A DNA stretch of 64,000 bases from Bacilli bacterium (GCA_045117995.1 JBGUOH010000001.1:746-64745), one strand, 5' to 3'. Counted from the stretch's first letter, positions 37,064 through 47,785 are shown. The notes: generated by a model not told the origin, from the sequence alone. Translations and numbers: made by a program.

Positions 37064-38341
37064 ATGTTTATTGATCGTGCAATTATTGAAGTAAGAAGTG
37101 GTAAAGGTGGCGATGGCGCCATTGCCTTTTTACATGAAAAATACGTTGCTAAAGGTGGACCAGCCGGAGGTAATGGTGGTCGTGGTGGCTCAATCTATTT
37201 AAGAGCGAGCAAAACCATCAATACTCTTTTCAATTTCCGTCATAGTAAAACATTCATCGCTAATGATGGTGAAAAGGGTGGCATCAAGAATCAATATGGC
37301 AAATACGCAGAAGATGTCATCGTCGATGTCCCAGTCGGTACTGTTGTCTATTTAGAAAAAGACAAAGAGTTCTTAGGCGACTTAAACGAAGATGGCAAAA
37401 TGATTAGAGTCGCTAAGGGCGGTCGTGGTGGTCGAGGCAATAGCTACTTCAAGAGTTCCACTAATAGAGTGCCTAAGATTGCAGAAAATGGCGAACCTGG
37501 TGAAAGAAAAAGATTAATCCTTGAACTTAAGTTATTAGCGGATGTCGGTTTAGTTGGTTTTCCAAGCGTTGGTAAATCTACACTTTTAAGTGTAGTGAGT
37601 GCTGCTAAACCAGAAATCGCCGATTATCCATTTACCACGATTACACCAAACCTTGGTGTGGTATCCGTGAAAGATGGTTCTTCCTTTGTGATGGCAGACT
37701 TACCAGGACTTATTGAAGGTGCTCACTTAGGTAAAGGCTTAGGTTTACAGTTCCTTAGACACATCGAAAGATGCCGTGTTATTGTTCATGTGGTTGATTT
37801 ATCTGAAACAGGTAGAGATCCATATGAAGATTACAAAATCATTAACCAAGAATTAAAAGAATATGGCTTTGCATTAGATAAAAGACCTCAAATCATCGTC
37901 GCTAGTAAGATGGATGAAGAAGGTGCGGATAAAAAGCTTAAGAAATTAGAGAAACAAATTGGTAAAGAAATCATCCCAATTAGTGCTCTTCTCGAAGAGA
38001 ATATTGATAAATTACTATATAAATGTGCAGCAGTCTTAAAAGAAACTCCATTGTTCCCACTTTATGACGATAAAGAGGAAGATTTGGATCATAAGACCTA
38101 CACGCTTGAAGATGAAGAACCATACTTCACCATTAGAAGACTGGATGCTCATACCTGGTCTATCGAAGGTGAAAAGATGCTCAAGTTCTATCACATGACC
38201 AATATCTCCACTGATGAAGGTATGATGGTCTTAATGAGTAAGATTCGCTCTCTTCGCATCGATGATGAATTAGAAAATCGTGGTGCTGAAGATGGAGATA
38301 CAGTCATCTTGGATGACTTTGAATTCGAATACGTGAGGTAA
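37064..38341 (+). CDS. obg: GTPase Obg
   Basis: 425 aa. Gly-rich Obg fold (GGNGGRGGS). G-domain motifs GFPSVGKST, DLPGLIEGA, NKMD-like. C-terminal OCT/TGS-like domain. Confidence 0.9.
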   Translation: MFIDRAIIEVRSGKGGDGAIAFLHEKYVAKGGPAGGNGGRGGSIYLRASKTINTLFNFRHSKTFIANDGEKGGIKNQYGKYAEDVIVDVPVGTVVYLEKDKEFLGDLNEDGKMIRVAKGGRGGRGNSYFKSSTNRVPKIAENGEPGERKRLILELKLLADVGLVGFPSVGKSTLLSVVSAAKPEIADYPFTTITPNLGVVSVKDGSSFVMADLPGLIEGAHLGKGLGLQFLRHIERCRVIVHVVDLSETGRDPYEDYKIINQELKEYGFALDKRPQIIVASKMDEEGADKKLKKLEKQIGKEIIPISALLEENIDKLLYKCAAVLKETPLFPLYDDKEEDLDHKTYTLEDEEPYFTIRRLDAHTWSIEGEKMLKFYHMTNISTDEGMMVLMSKIRSLRIDDELENRGAEDGDTVILDDFEFEYVR

Positions 38342-38344
38342 GAT

Positions 38345-39085
38345 ATGGAATTAGAAACGTATTTGAAAGTTGTCGAAAAATTTTTAAAGGACTACTTAGA
38401 GAAAACACACTGCCAAAAATATATTCTTGGTATCTCTGGCGGTGTTGATTCTTCTTTATGTGCCGCCTTAGCGAGAAACGCTGTCGGTAAAGACCGTTTA
38501 CTCTGCTTAATTCTTCCAATTGAAAGTTCCAAAAAGGACGAGGAAGACGCTAAATTATTAGCGCAAGAATTAGACCTCAACTATGTTGTGGTCGATAATT
38601 CAGAAGCTTTCAAAAGTTTCATTAAAGCCAACGAAGAACTTGGTGTGACATTTGATAGAAGTACTTTAGGCAATTTCAAAGCCCGTCTTAGAATGTGCAC
38701 ATTATATGCCTACGCACAAAAGTATAACGGCTTAGTCATTGGTACTGATAACGCTGACGAAAGATATACCGGTTACTTCACTAAACACGGTGATGGCGCT
38801 TGTGATATTTTACCAATTGCCCATTTACTTAAAGGCGAAGTCGTTGAAGCTAGTAAAATACTAGGCATCAGCGATTACCTCGCTGAAAGAATCCCAACAG
38901 CCTCATTATTTGAGGGTCAAACAGACGAAACTGAAATGGGTGTTACTTATAAAGATCTAGATAAATATATCTTAGGAGGTAAGGTTGCTCCTGAAGTGGA
39001 GGCACGCATTGAACACCTCCATAAGATTAGTGAGCATAAACGCGTGCCAACTCCAATGGCGCCTGAATTCAATAGAGGTGAATAA
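38345..39085 (+). CDS. nadE: NH3-dependent NAD+ synthetase
   Basis: 246 aa. PP-loop SGGVDSS. Typical NadE length. Confidence 0.85.
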   Translation: MELETYLKVVEKFLKDYLEKTHCQKYILGISGGVDSSLCAALARNAVGKDRLLCLILPIESSKKDEEDAKLLAQELDLNYVVVDNSEAFKSFIKANEELGVTFDRSTLGNFKARLRMCTLYAYAQKYNGLVIGTDNADERYTGYFTKHGDGACDILPIAHLLKGEVVEASKILGISDYLAERIPTASLFEGQTDETEMGVTYKDLDKYILGGKVAPEVEARIEHLHKISEHKRVPTPMAPEFNRGE

Positions 39086-39183
39086 TGAAGGTTAATAAAT
39101 TAGAGACAATTTTCCTTTCTTCTTTATTAAGCGCTTTAGCAGTTTTCCTTTTTATTGTTCTCTTTATCCTCACAAATTTATAG
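39085..39183 (+). CDS. Candidate 32-aa hydrophobic micro-protein (below the ORF-track size cut-off)
   Basis: ATG overlaps the nadE stop (TAATG). The purine-rich AGAGGTGAA lies immediately upstream. It encodes MKVNKLETIFLSSLLSALAVFLFIVLFILTNL, a single TM helix, and ends 20 nt before ruvA. Confidence 0.3.
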   Translation: MKVNKLETIFLSSLLSALAVFLFIVLFILTNL

Positions 39184-39203
39184 AATTATAGAAGGTAATA
39201 AAT

Positions 39204-39755
39204 ATGATTTATTCTTTGAAAGGCAAAGTTTTGTTAACCGATGGTGACACAGTTGTGGTTGATGTCCATGACGTTGGTTACCAAGTTTTAGTCAGTCATA
39301 TTAGTGACTACGAAGTCGGTCAGGAGGTGTTTTTATACACCTATAACGTTGTCAGAGAAGATGAACAATATCTTGTTGGCTTCTCATCTTTAGATGAAAA
39401 GAAAGTCTTTTTAGCCTTAATCAAAGTTAAAGGTTTAGGTCCAAAAACTGTTATCGGTGCATTAAGTGCAACGACAGTGGATGGAGTGAAGAATGCGATA
39501 GCCTCTAATAACGTTGCCTATTTAAAGAAATTACCAGGCATCGGTGCGAAAGCCGCGAGCCAAATTATCCTTGATCTTAAAGGTGAACTCACTGGCACTA
39601 AGGGTGATCCGACTGTGTACGATGAAGTGTATGAAGCCTTAAAGGAATTAGGCTTTAAAGGCGCTGCCATTGACCGTGTTTTAGCAACTATCAATGAAAA
39701 GGATGCCGCTCCAGAAGAAATATTACGTTTAGCTTTAGCTAAGTTAAAGAAATAA
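39204..39755 (+). CDS. ruvA: Holliday junction branch-migration protein RuvA
   Basis: 183 aa. OB fold, two HhH motifs (GLGPKTV, GIGAKAA) and a C-terminal domain III. Confidence 0.85.
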   Translation: MIYSLKGKVLLTDGDTVVVDVHDVGYQVLVSHISDYEVGQEVFLYTYNVVREDEQYLVGFSSLDEKKVFLALIKVKGLGPKTVIGALSATTVDGVKNAIASNNVAYLKKLPGIGAKAASQIILDLKGELTGTKGDPTVYDEVYEALKELGFKGAAIDRVLATINEKDAAPEEILRLALAKLKK

Positions 39756-39756
39756 T

Positions 39757-40767
39757 ATGTCCAGATTACTTGATGCAAATAAGAATAATAGTGAATCTCA
39801 AGAAGAGCTTTCTTTAAGACCACAAACTCTCGATGAATATGTTGGTCAAAAAGACTTAAAAGCTAATCTTAAGGTTTTTATTGGTGCCGCTTTGCATAGA
39901 GACGAACCTCTTGACCATATTCTTTTTTATGGTCCTCCAGGTTTAGGTAAAACCACATTAGCCTATGTCGTCGCTAACGAGATGCACGCTAACATTCATT
40001 TTGTCAATGGTCCAGCCCTAGAAAAACCAGGTGATTTAGGCGCTATTTTAAGCAATTTAAATAAAGATGGTGGAGATATTCTCTTCATCGATGAAATTCA
40101 TAGACTTCCACATATTGTGGAAGAAACACTCTATAACGCTATGGAAGATTTCAAGTTTTCTGTCGTTATTAACCGTGATACAAGCGCGAGAACATTAACC
40201 ATTGATTTACCACCTTTCACACTCATTGGTGCGACCACTCGAGCGGGCAACCTAAGCGCGCCATTAAGAAGTAGATTTGGCATCTCTGAGAAGCTTAATT
40301 TCTACGACATAGATGAATGCGTAAAGATTGTTAAAAGAACCGCGAGAGTCTTTAACACCACAATCGAAGATGCCGCGGCTTTAGAAATCGCTAAGCGTTC
40401 ACGTGGCACACCACGTATCGCGAATAGATTATTTAGAAGAGTGAGAGACTTCGCTAACTATGCTGGTCAAGATCACATTACCATTAACGATGCTTTACAA
40501 GCATTAAAGGCCTTAAAAGTTGATGAATTAGGTCTTGATGATGTTGATATTAAATACTTAAAAACCATCATTGAAAGATTCAAAGGTGGACCAGTTGGTT
40601 TAGACACTTTAGCGAGCGCGATTGGTGAAGAAATTGATAACCTTGAAGACGTCTATGAACCATATTTATTACAAATTGGGATGATTGATAGAACCGCTAG
40701 AGGCCGTGTTGCCACTGATAAAGCATATAAGCACTTACAAATCAGTTATCAAACAAAATTATTTTAA
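39757..40767 (+). CDS. ruvB: Holliday junction helicase RuvB
   Basis: 336 aa. Walker [10 protein letters not shown], Walker [10 protein letters not shown], sensor and arginine finger. 1-nt gap after ruvA. Confidence 0.9.
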   Translation: MSRLLDANKNNSESQEELSLRPQTLDEYVGQKDLKANLKVFIGAALHRDEPLDHILFYGPPGLGKTTLAYVVANEMHANIHFVNGPALEKPGDLGAILSNLNKDGGDILFIDEIHRLPHIVEETLYNAMEDFKFSVVINRDTSARTLTIDLPPFTLIGATTRAGNLSAPLRSRFGISEKLNFYDIDECVKIVKRTARVFNTTIEDAAALEIAKRSRGTPRIANRLFRRVRDFANYAGQDHITINDALQALKALKVDELGLDDVDIKYLKTIIERFKGGPVGLDTLASAIGEEIDNLEDVYEPYLLQIGMIDRTARGRVATDKAYKHLQISYQTKLF

Positions 40768-40796
40768 TAATTTTATATCAAATACAGAGATTAATT

Positions 40797-40827
40797 GAAC
40801 AAGAATAAAGTCTTGTTCTTTTATTTT
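40797..40827 (+). terminator. Rho-independent terminator after ruvB
   Basis: Perfect 8-bp stem GAACAAGA-ataaag-TCTTGTTC followed by TTTTATTTT. Confidence 0.7.
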
Positions 40828-40934
40828 AGATTTTATCTATATAAAAATATTGAATTACTTATGTAATTAGGGTATATTAGACAATGACGTCGCTTTGCGA
40901 GCGAATGCATACACACGTATTAGGAGGAATAAAT

Positions 40935-43598
40935 ATGCGTAGATTATGGTCACATATTATCATAGCGGCTACTTCGCTATTGATGGTTGGGGCAACATTT
41001 GCCACCGTAGTTACAAATATAAACAGTAATATCGAATTCGAAAAAGGCCGTGAATTAACTTTCCGTGTTGAAGCTAAAGACGCGGATGGTAATCCAGATA
41101 AAGATTATGTCTTTGCCGATACAAAAGCTGTTGAAGATACCGCAAAAATCATGGAAAAGAGATTAGCCGCTGCTAATATCTCCCGCTATAAAGTTGAGAC
41201 ACAAGATGTCGACACCATTAAAGTCACATTTGTTCAAGACACTGAACAACAATATGAAATTATTCAAAACTATCTTTCATTCAATGCGACATTAGCGATT
41301 TCTAACTCTAAAGAAACTTATGCTTTGGCCACTGAATTCCTCGATCCAAACAAGAGTGCTTACTTAGAAACCACTGATGGTTATCCAGCCATCATTATCC
41401 CAATTAAGAAAGATAATGAATTATTCCAAGCTGTCTACACAGAAGCTAAGGAAATGAGCGATAACAACACTGGTGAAGTGGAAGAACAACAAGAACAACA
41501 AGAAGGCGAAGAGGAACAAGAAGCAAAAAGACATGCTTACTTATATCTCTGGTACGACTATATCGTTGACTACTACTCATACGATAAGATCAACCAAAAC
41601 GCTGAAACATACGATCAAACAATTGCTAACAAGGTCTTAATGACATTTGATGCCGCCAATCCATTCCTCGATGACGATCAAGATGAATTAAGAGCTTATG
41701 TCCATCCAAACAGCAATAGTGAAGACGCTGAAATCACTGCTGAAGGCTTAAAAGAAGCTTACGAAAACGCCCGTTACTACGTTAACTTACTTAACGCTGG
41801 TGAAATGGAATATCACGTTGACTTCTTATTCTCTAAGAGAGCCAATTACCTCATTGAAGGTTTAGTCGCTTTAGATGCTCATGAAACAGTCGCTTGGAGC
41901 AGAACATTCTTTGCGACATTATGTGCCATCTTCGTGGTCACTTCCTTACTCATCTATTTCTTCAGATTAGGTGCTAGTGGTGTGGCCGTGACTTCTATCG
42001 TTTCCACATTCATTGGTTTATTATTTGTCGTCTTATTAGGCGCTGAATATAACGTTGCTGGCTTAGTCGGTTTAATCGCTTTAGCCTTTGTGAGTGTCAC
42101 CTCTGGCGTTATCTATTTAACAAAGTTAAAAGAAGAATGCTACCGTGGTAGAACTCTTAAGAAAGCTAACTCCGAAGCCGCTAAGAAAGCTTTATTACCA
42201 ACTGTTGACTTACACGTTATCTTAGTCGCCGTTGGTGTGGCTTGTTACTTACTCGGTGGTGTCGCGATGAAATCATTCGCTGTTGTCACCATCTTAGGCG
42301 GTATTGCTTCCTTATTATTAAATCTCATTGGTTTACGTGGCTTAGAATGGCTCGTTACTAATGAACAAGGTTTAACAGGCCGTTATGATTTATTTGATGT
42401 CGCTGCTGACCAAGTCGCTGATGGTTTAGATGAAAGCAAACCAAAATACGAAGGTCCAAGCGCTAACAAAGATTTCACAAAACATCATAAACCAGTTGGT
42501 ATTGCTGCCGCTGCCTTATTAGTGGCTAGCGTTGCAACATTAGTGGTCTTTGGTGTTAAAGATCATGGTGCGGTTTATAACACCACATCTCCATACGCTA
42601 ACAGCCAAGTTTATGTTGAATACAAATCTGAAACATCTAATAACACAGCTTTAACTGCACAAGTTAAAGAAAAAGTTGATGATATCTTAAATGGTACTAC
42701 CTTAGGTAAAGATACATTAAAGAGCATCGTTGAAGTCGAAACATTTGACTATGTCACAAAGATCGACAGCACAAAATCTGGTAACGTTACAGCTTACTAT
42801 GCTTGCTATCGTTTAACATTCGATAGAGCCTTAACTGGTGAAGAAGAAGTGAGTTTTGATGGTAAGAAGATGACCATCGCTAGATTCTTCTCTGAAGAAG
42901 GTTTATCCGATGCTAATATCACCTTACCAAACAACGTTGATATCTCCTTAAAGAATAGTGTGAGAGTTAACGCTGACCAACCAGCCTTTGGTCCAATCGC
43001 CTTAGCAACTGGTGTTGGTATTGCCATTGCCGCCTTATATCTCTTACTCAGATATAGATTAAGCCGTGGTTTAGCTAACTTATTCGTCGCTGTCGGCGCG
43101 ACAGCTATCGGTGCTGGCTTATTAGCCATGTTGCACTTCATTGAAGCCACATCCTATACTTCAATTGCTGTGCCATTCATCGCTATCTTCACATTATCAA
43201 TCGCTGTCATCTTGATGAACAGAGAAAGAGAACTCGTTCTTGAAGATCGTAGCAAAGATAATTCTATTGAAAATAGAAAAGCCATCATGGTTAAAGCTAC
43301 AGCATTAGCTTCTACACCAATTGTTATCACATTCGTGATGGCTTTATATCTCAGCTTTAACTTCTTTGGCTTCATGATGTCACCAGTCAACTGGATCTTC
43401 TTAGCCTCATTCTTAGGTGTCATTATTTCCACAGCCATCGTTCTTGTGTGCTTCGGACCATTTGCCCAAGTCTTCTACAAGTTATTCTCTGGCGTGAAAA
43501 TCATTAAGCCAAAGGCCAAGAAAAAGAAAGCGCGTCCAGTTCGCGTTAACAAATCTGCAGAACCAGAAGAAGCAATCTTTATTGGTATTAACGATTAA
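40935..43598 (+). CDS. secDF: Protein-export membrane protein SecDF (fused)
   Basis: Start taken at ATG 40935, with a GGAGG SD 8 nt upstream. N-terminal TM helix, a large periplasmic-type domain, then two 6-TM RND-like bundles (SecD-like, then SecF-like). An acidic low-complexity insert EEQQEQQEGEEEQE. Confidence 0.75.
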   Translation: MRRLWSHIIIAATSLLMVGATFATVVTNINSNIEFEKGRELTFRVEAKDADGNPDKDYVFADTKAVEDTAKIMEKRLAAANISRYKVETQDVDTIKVTFVQDTEQQYEIIQNYLSFNATLAISNSKETYALATEFLDPNKSAYLETTDGYPAIIIPIKKDNELFQAVYTEAKEMSDNNTGEVEEQQEQQEGEEEQEAKRHAYLYLWYDYIVDYYSYDKINQNAETYDQTIANKVLMTFDAANPFLDDDQDELRAYVHPNSNSEDAEITAEGLKEAYENARYYVNLLNAGEMEYHVDFLFSKRANYLIEGLVALDAHETVAWSRTFFATLCAIFVVTSLLIYFFRLGASGVAVTSIVSTFIGLLFVVLLGAEYNVAGLVGLIALAFVSVTSGVIYLTKLKEECYRGRTLKKANSEAAKKALLPTVDLHVILVAVGVACYLLGGVAMKSFAVVTILGGIASLLLNLIGLRGLEWLVTNEQGLTGRYDLFDVAADQVADGLDESKPKYEGPSANKDFTKHHKPVGIAAAALLVASVATLVVFGVKDHGAVYNTTSPYANSQVYVEYKSETSNNTALTAQVKEKVDDILNGTTLGKDTLKSIVEVETFDYVTKIDSTKSGNVTAYYACYRLTFDRALTGEEEVSFDGKKMTIARFFSEEGLSDANITLPNNVDISLKNSVRVNADQPAFGPIALATGVGIAIAALYLLLRYRLSRGLANLFVAVGATAIGAGLLAMLHFIEATSYTSIAVPFIAIFTLSIAVILMNRERELVLEDRSKDNSIENRKAIMVKATALASTPIVITFVMALYLSFNFFGFMMSPVNWIFLASFLGVIISTAIVLVCFGPFAQVFYKLFSGVKIIKPKAKKKKARPVRVNKSAEPEEAIFIGIND

Positions 43599-43604
43599 TT
43601 TATA

Positions 43605-43635
43605 AGGCTGCTTTAAAAAGCGGCCTTTATTTTAT
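43605..43635 (+). terminator. Rho-independent terminator after secDF
   Basis: GGCTGC-tttaaaaa-GCGGCC hairpin (one G-U pair) followed by TTTATTTTAT. Confidence 0.55.
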
Positions 43636-43646
43636 AAAATTTAGTT

Positions 43647-45212
43647 ATGGAACAATTATTTAAACGACTCTTAGATTATTATCAAATCACGGAAGAAGAT
43701 TATCAAAAACTCACCGCTCCAGTGGATGAAGATAATTTCGCTATGGGTCATAGTTTCAAAGATATCGATAAATGTGTCGAAGTAGTGAAGAACGCTATCG
43801 CGCAAAATAAGAAGATTTTCATTTATGGTGACTATGACTGTGATGGCATCATGTCCATCTCAATTTTAGTCAAAATGTTTAGCTATATTAACTATCCAGT
43901 TTCCTATCATGTACCAAGCAGATATTTAGACGGTTATGGCTTAACCCTCAAATACGCTGAAGAATTGGTCAATGAAGGATACGGTTTACTCATTACCGTC
44001 GATAACGGAATTACCGCTTTTGAAGGCATTGAATACGCCAAAAATCATGGTCTTGATGTCTTAATCTTTGATCATCACCAAGCTGACCCAGTTTTACCAG
44101 TTGCAGATTACATTCTTCACCCAGTTGTTTCTAACTTTGGGGAAGTAGCGACAAGCGCTGGTTTTGTGACCTTTATGTTCGCTAAGGAGTTCCTCGGTCG
44201 TTACGATAAGTATCTAGCAACGCTAGCGGCCATCTCAGTGGTGTCAGATATGATGCCACTTAGAGAGTATAATCGTAATCTTCTGAGACTAGTAATTAAC
44301 CAATATGAAGATGGTGAATTCTTCAATATTGACTTGTTAAAAGAAAAAGATACCTTTAACGAATCCGCGATTGGTATGAAAATTGCCCCAAAAGTCAACG
44401 CTGTGGGACGTTTGATTGAAGATGAGGATTCTCTTAAGAAGACCGTCGAATTCTTCACCAAAGACGATAAAAACCTTCTTTTAAACTACAATGAATGGAT
44501 TAATTCCGTGAACAATGAACGTAAAGACCTCACTAAACTCGCGGTTGAAAACGCTAAAGAAATCGATACAAGCAAAGATTCTATTATTGCCGTCATCAAC
44601 GAAAAAGAAGGCGTTATTGGATTAATCGCTAATTATTTCGCGAAAAAGTATCATAAACCAACTATCATCTTCGCTTTAGATCAAAGTGGTGATGTCTATA
44701 AAGGCTCATGCCGCGCTCCTAAAGGTTTCAATGTGGTTGACGCCTTTAATGAACTTGATAGATTCATGCTTACCGCTGGTGGGCATGCTTCCGCGGGTGG
44801 CTGCTCAGTTAAAAAAGAGCTCTTCGAAGAATTCAAAGTGGCCTTTAACGATTTAGCAAAGACCGCTGTTATTGATGAAGGAGAGGAAGAAACCATTCCA
44901 ATGTTCATTAATGATATCAACCGTGATAACTACGATTTAGTGCAATCATTTTCTCCTTTTGGAGAAACATGGCCTGCGCCTCACTTCAAATTATCACGTA
45001 TTAGAACCCAATCACTCATGTATTCACGCGATACACAACATATTCTCACCAGTATCGGTCAAACATCCCGTTTAACTGGTTTCTACTTCCCAAAAGAAAA
45101 GGTATCCGAATATCAATTCGTTGATATGATTGGTACTTTACGTTTATCAACCTATTACACAAAAACCACAGTGGAATTCCTCATCAGCGATATTTCTATG
45201 AGCGAAAAATAA
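43647..45212 (+). CDS. recJ: DHH/DHHA1 phosphoesterase, RecJ-like single-strand exonuclease (short form)
   Basis: 521 aa. DHH motifs: IFIYGDYDCDGIMS (motif I), LITVDNGI (II), IFDHHQ (III). DHHA1 GGHxxAGG (GGHASAGG). It lacks the long C-terminal OB extension of Bacillus RecJ. Confidence 0.7.
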   Translation: MEQLFKRLLDYYQITEEDYQKLTAPVDEDNFAMGHSFKDIDKCVEVVKNAIAQNKKIFIYGDYDCDGIMSISILVKMFSYINYPVSYHVPSRYLDGYGLTLKYAEELVNEGYGLLITVDNGITAFEGIEYAKNHGLDVLIFDHHQADPVLPVADYILHPVVSNFGEVATSAGFVTFMFAKEFLGRYDKYLATLAAISVVSDMMPLREYNRNLLRLVINQYEDGEFFNIDLLKEKDTFNESAIGMKIAPKVNAVGRLIEDEDSLKKTVEFFTKDDKNLLLNYNEWINSVNNERKDLTKLAVENAKEIDTSKDSIIAVINEKEGVIGLIANYFAKKYHKPTIIFALDQSGDVYKGSCRAPKGFNVVDAFNELDRFMLTAGGHASAGGCSVKKELFEEFKVAFNDLAKTAVIDEGEEETIPMFINDINRDNYDLVQSFSPFGETWPAPHFKLSRIRTQSLMYSRDTQHILTSIGQTSRLTGFYFPKEKVSEYQFVDMIGTLRLSTYYTKTTVEFLISDISMSEK

Positions 45213-45234
45213 TAAACTGTGTCATAATGTTTCT

Positions 45235-45897
45235 ATGAAAAATTATCGTTTGTTACTCATTCCTATTGTTTTTCTAGTTACCGCTTGCCAACAAGTGGAT
45301 TTTGGTTACACAGACGAACAACATAGTAAAGGCTGGGATCATTCAAACGAAACTAGCAGTCAACTCGGAAGAGTGGATTCTTACTCATATCGTAAAGATG
45401 ATACATTAGATAATAATGGCTTAACCCAAGCCAATATGACATTTAAAGACATCACACAATCTGAAACAAATGTTCAAGATGTCGAAAAGATTAAATCATA
45501 TGTGAATATTGATAGAGACATCTTTGATCACGTGGAAAACCCATTATACTTCAGCACAAAAGCGGAAGGTTTTGCCTTCTTAGGCGCTGATTCAACATAC
45601 GTTGATGGTGAAATTACCTTCCATTTCAATCAAGAAATTAAAAATATCGAAATTACCGCGAGACAATATAATTACGTGAAGACTTCCTTCAATGAAGATC
45701 AATTCGTCGTTGATGAGAATGTCGCTCTTAGCGTTAACGATCTAGGCTATATCAAAGTGAATGGCGAAAAGAATGAAGAAACTCAAACAGTGGCCTCAAC
45801 CACATGTTCATTCCATCTTGCTACACCAAGTACATCCATTAACATAAAAGCCGGTCCATATCGCGCTATTTTGGAAAAAATCACTCTTTATTATTAA
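45235..45897 (+). CDS. Lipoprotein, unrelated to the 4.6-11.8 kb family
   Basis: 220 aa. Signal peptide with lipobox VTAC. No other recognisable motif. Confidence 0.55.
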   Translation: MKNYRLLLIPIVFLVTACQQVDFGYTDEQHSKGWDHSNETSSQLGRVDSYSYRKDDTLDNNGLTQANMTFKDITQSETNVQDVEKIKSYVNIDRDIFDHVENPLYFSTKAEGFAFLGADSTYVDGEITFHFNQEIKNIEITARQYNYVKTSFNEDQFVVDENVALSVNDLGYIKVNGEKNEETQTVASTTCSFHLATPSTSINIKAGPYRAILEKITLYY

Positions 45898-45985
45898 AGA
45901 TTTATTAACAAGCTAAAAATAAAAACGCTTTTCAGTGTTGTTTTAACATTTTACATGTTAGTATTTATTGCAACGAGAACCTATT

Positions 45986-47785
45986 ATGCTATTTGGAAAA
46001 TACATTAATCGTTACTATCTCAAATACGCACCGTTATTCATCATTGGCATCATTGCCTTGATAGCGGTGGATTTTGTGCAGCTTTATATTCCAAAGTATT
46101 TAGGTGAAGTTGTTGATATTCTCCAAAATAACGGCGATACCTCAAGAATTGGTGTCTTAGCTTTAAAGGTTTTAGTCGTGGCAGCGATTATGTTTTTGGG
46201 CCGCTTTATCTGGCGTGTCACATTAATTAACGCTGGCTTTAAAATTGAAGCCGATCTCCGCCATAAAATGTTCTTAAAAGCGGAGGCTTTACCAAGAGAG
46301 TATTATCATGATAATAAAGTCGGCTCAATCATGAGCTGGTTCACTAATGACTTAGAAACTATTTCCGAGTGTATGCAGTGGGGCACAATCATGGTTTTTG
46401 ACGCCTTGTTCTTAAGCGCAATTACGTTACTTGAGATGTTTATGTTAGACAAAGTAATGACTTTGATTTGCTTTATTCCAATCGGTTTAATTGTCGCTTG
46501 GGGCGCTATTACAGAAAAGTACATGGCGATTAAGTGGGATCAAAGACAAAAAGCTTACGATACTTTATATGATTTCGCTCAAGAGAACTTTACGGGTATC
46601 CGTGTTATTAAAGCGTTCGTTAAAGAAACTAAAGAAATCCATGCTTTCGCTAAGGTCGCGAGAAAGAACGCGGATGTTAACGTTTCATTCGCCAGAATCT
46701 CCGTCATCTTTGATGTCTTTATTGAAGTGATTATTGTTTTAGTGTTTTCCATCATCATGCTTTTTGGTGGCTGGTTTGTTTATAGCTTTGTAAGAAATGA
46801 ACCAATTATACTCCTTGGTGGAGCGGTACAATTAACCGCTGCCAAGTTAACAACCTTTATTGGTTATATTGATATTTTGATTTGGCCAATGATTGCGATG
46901 GGTCAAATCGTTAGCATGCATTCTAGAAGCCGTGCGTCTTTAAGACGTGTCAGTGCTTTCCTTGATAGTGAAATCCGCGTTAAATCGCCAGAAAACGCCA
47001 TTAAACTTGATCATATTCAAGGTAACATCACCTATAAAAACTTTAATTTCCAATATCCTAACTACGAGGCCATTAATTTAAAGAACATCAATCTTGAAAT
47101 CAAAGCCGGTGAAAGAATCGGTATTGTCGGTAAGATTGGTGGTGGTAAGACCACATTAGTTAATCTTTTATTAATGCTTTATAACGTTGAACCAGGCACG
47201 TTGTTTATTGATGGTCATGACATTATGTCTTTAGACATTCATTCCTTAAGAGAACAAATTGCTTATGTTCCTCAAGATAATTTCCTTTTCTCTGATTCCA
47301 TTGAACACAATATCAACTTTGGTATTGAAGGCGGCACAGAAGAAACCGCGAGAATGGGCGCTGTGTTTGCTGGCATTGATGAAGACGTTAAGGGCTTTAA
47401 GACTGGCTATCAAACGGTTTCTGGTGAAAGAGGGGTCACTCTTTCAGGTGGCCAAAAGCAAAGAATTAGTATCGCTAGAGCCTATGTTAAGAACGCACCT
47501 ATTTTGATTATGGATGACTCCGTCAGTGCGGTTGACACTAAAACAGAAGAAACAATTTTACGTAATATTAGTGAAGCAAGAAAAGGCAAAACCACTTTAG
47601 TGGTTGCTTCTCGTGTTTCTACAGTCCAAAACCTTGATAAGATTATCGTCTTAACTGATGGTGAAGTCGAGGCTTTTGATACACCAAAGAACTTATTAAA
47701 GATTTCACCAACTTACCAAAAGATGGTGACCCTACAAGAGTTAGAAAAAGAAGTGGAAGGAGGTAAACCTGATGGCGGAAGATAA
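45986..47785 (+). CDS. ABC exporter half-transporter (TMD-NBD), subunit with a degenerate Walker B / catalytic site
   Basis: The track ORF starts at a TTG; the first in-frame ATG is 45986 (MLFGKYINRYY...). Six TM helices. NBD Walker A GKIGGGKTT, signature LSGGQKQRISIARA, Walker B ILIMDDS (Asp where the catalytic Glu is expected). Confidence 0.8.
   Translation: MLFGKYINRYYLKYAPLFIIGIIALIAVDFVQLYIPKYLGEVVDILQNNGDTSRIGVLALKVLVVAAIMFLGRFIWRVTLINAGFKIEADLRHKMFLKAEALPREYYHDNKVGSIMSWFTNDLETISECMQWGTIMVFDALFLSAITLLEMFMLDKVMTLICFIPIGLIVAWGAITEKYMAIKWDQRQKAYDTLYDFAQENFTGIRVIKAFVKETKEIHAFAKVARKNADVNVSFARISVIFDVFIEVIIVLVFSIIMLFGGWFVYSFVRNEPIILLGGAVQLTAAKLTTFIGYIDILIWPMIAMGQIVSMHSRSRASLRRVSAFLDSEIRVKSPENAIKLDHIQGNITYKNFNFQYPNYEAINLKNINLEIKAGERIGIVGKIGGGKTTLVNLLLMLYNVEPGTLFIDGHDIMSLDIHSLREQIAYVPQDNFLFSDSIEHNINFGIEGGTEETARMGAVFAGIDEDVKGFKTGYQTVSGERGVTLSGGQKQRISIARAYVKNAPILIMDDSVSAVDTKTEETILRNISEARKGKTTLVVASRVSTVQNLDKIIVLTDGEVEAFDTPKNLLKISPTYQKMVTLQELEKEVEGGKPDGGR

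Noticed and set aside
45968-45985. Track start (translated M at a TTG) for the first ABC half-transporter
   Set aside because: The first codon is TTG. The first ATG (45986) gives a typical MLFGKY... N-terminus. The upstream extension is probably not translated.
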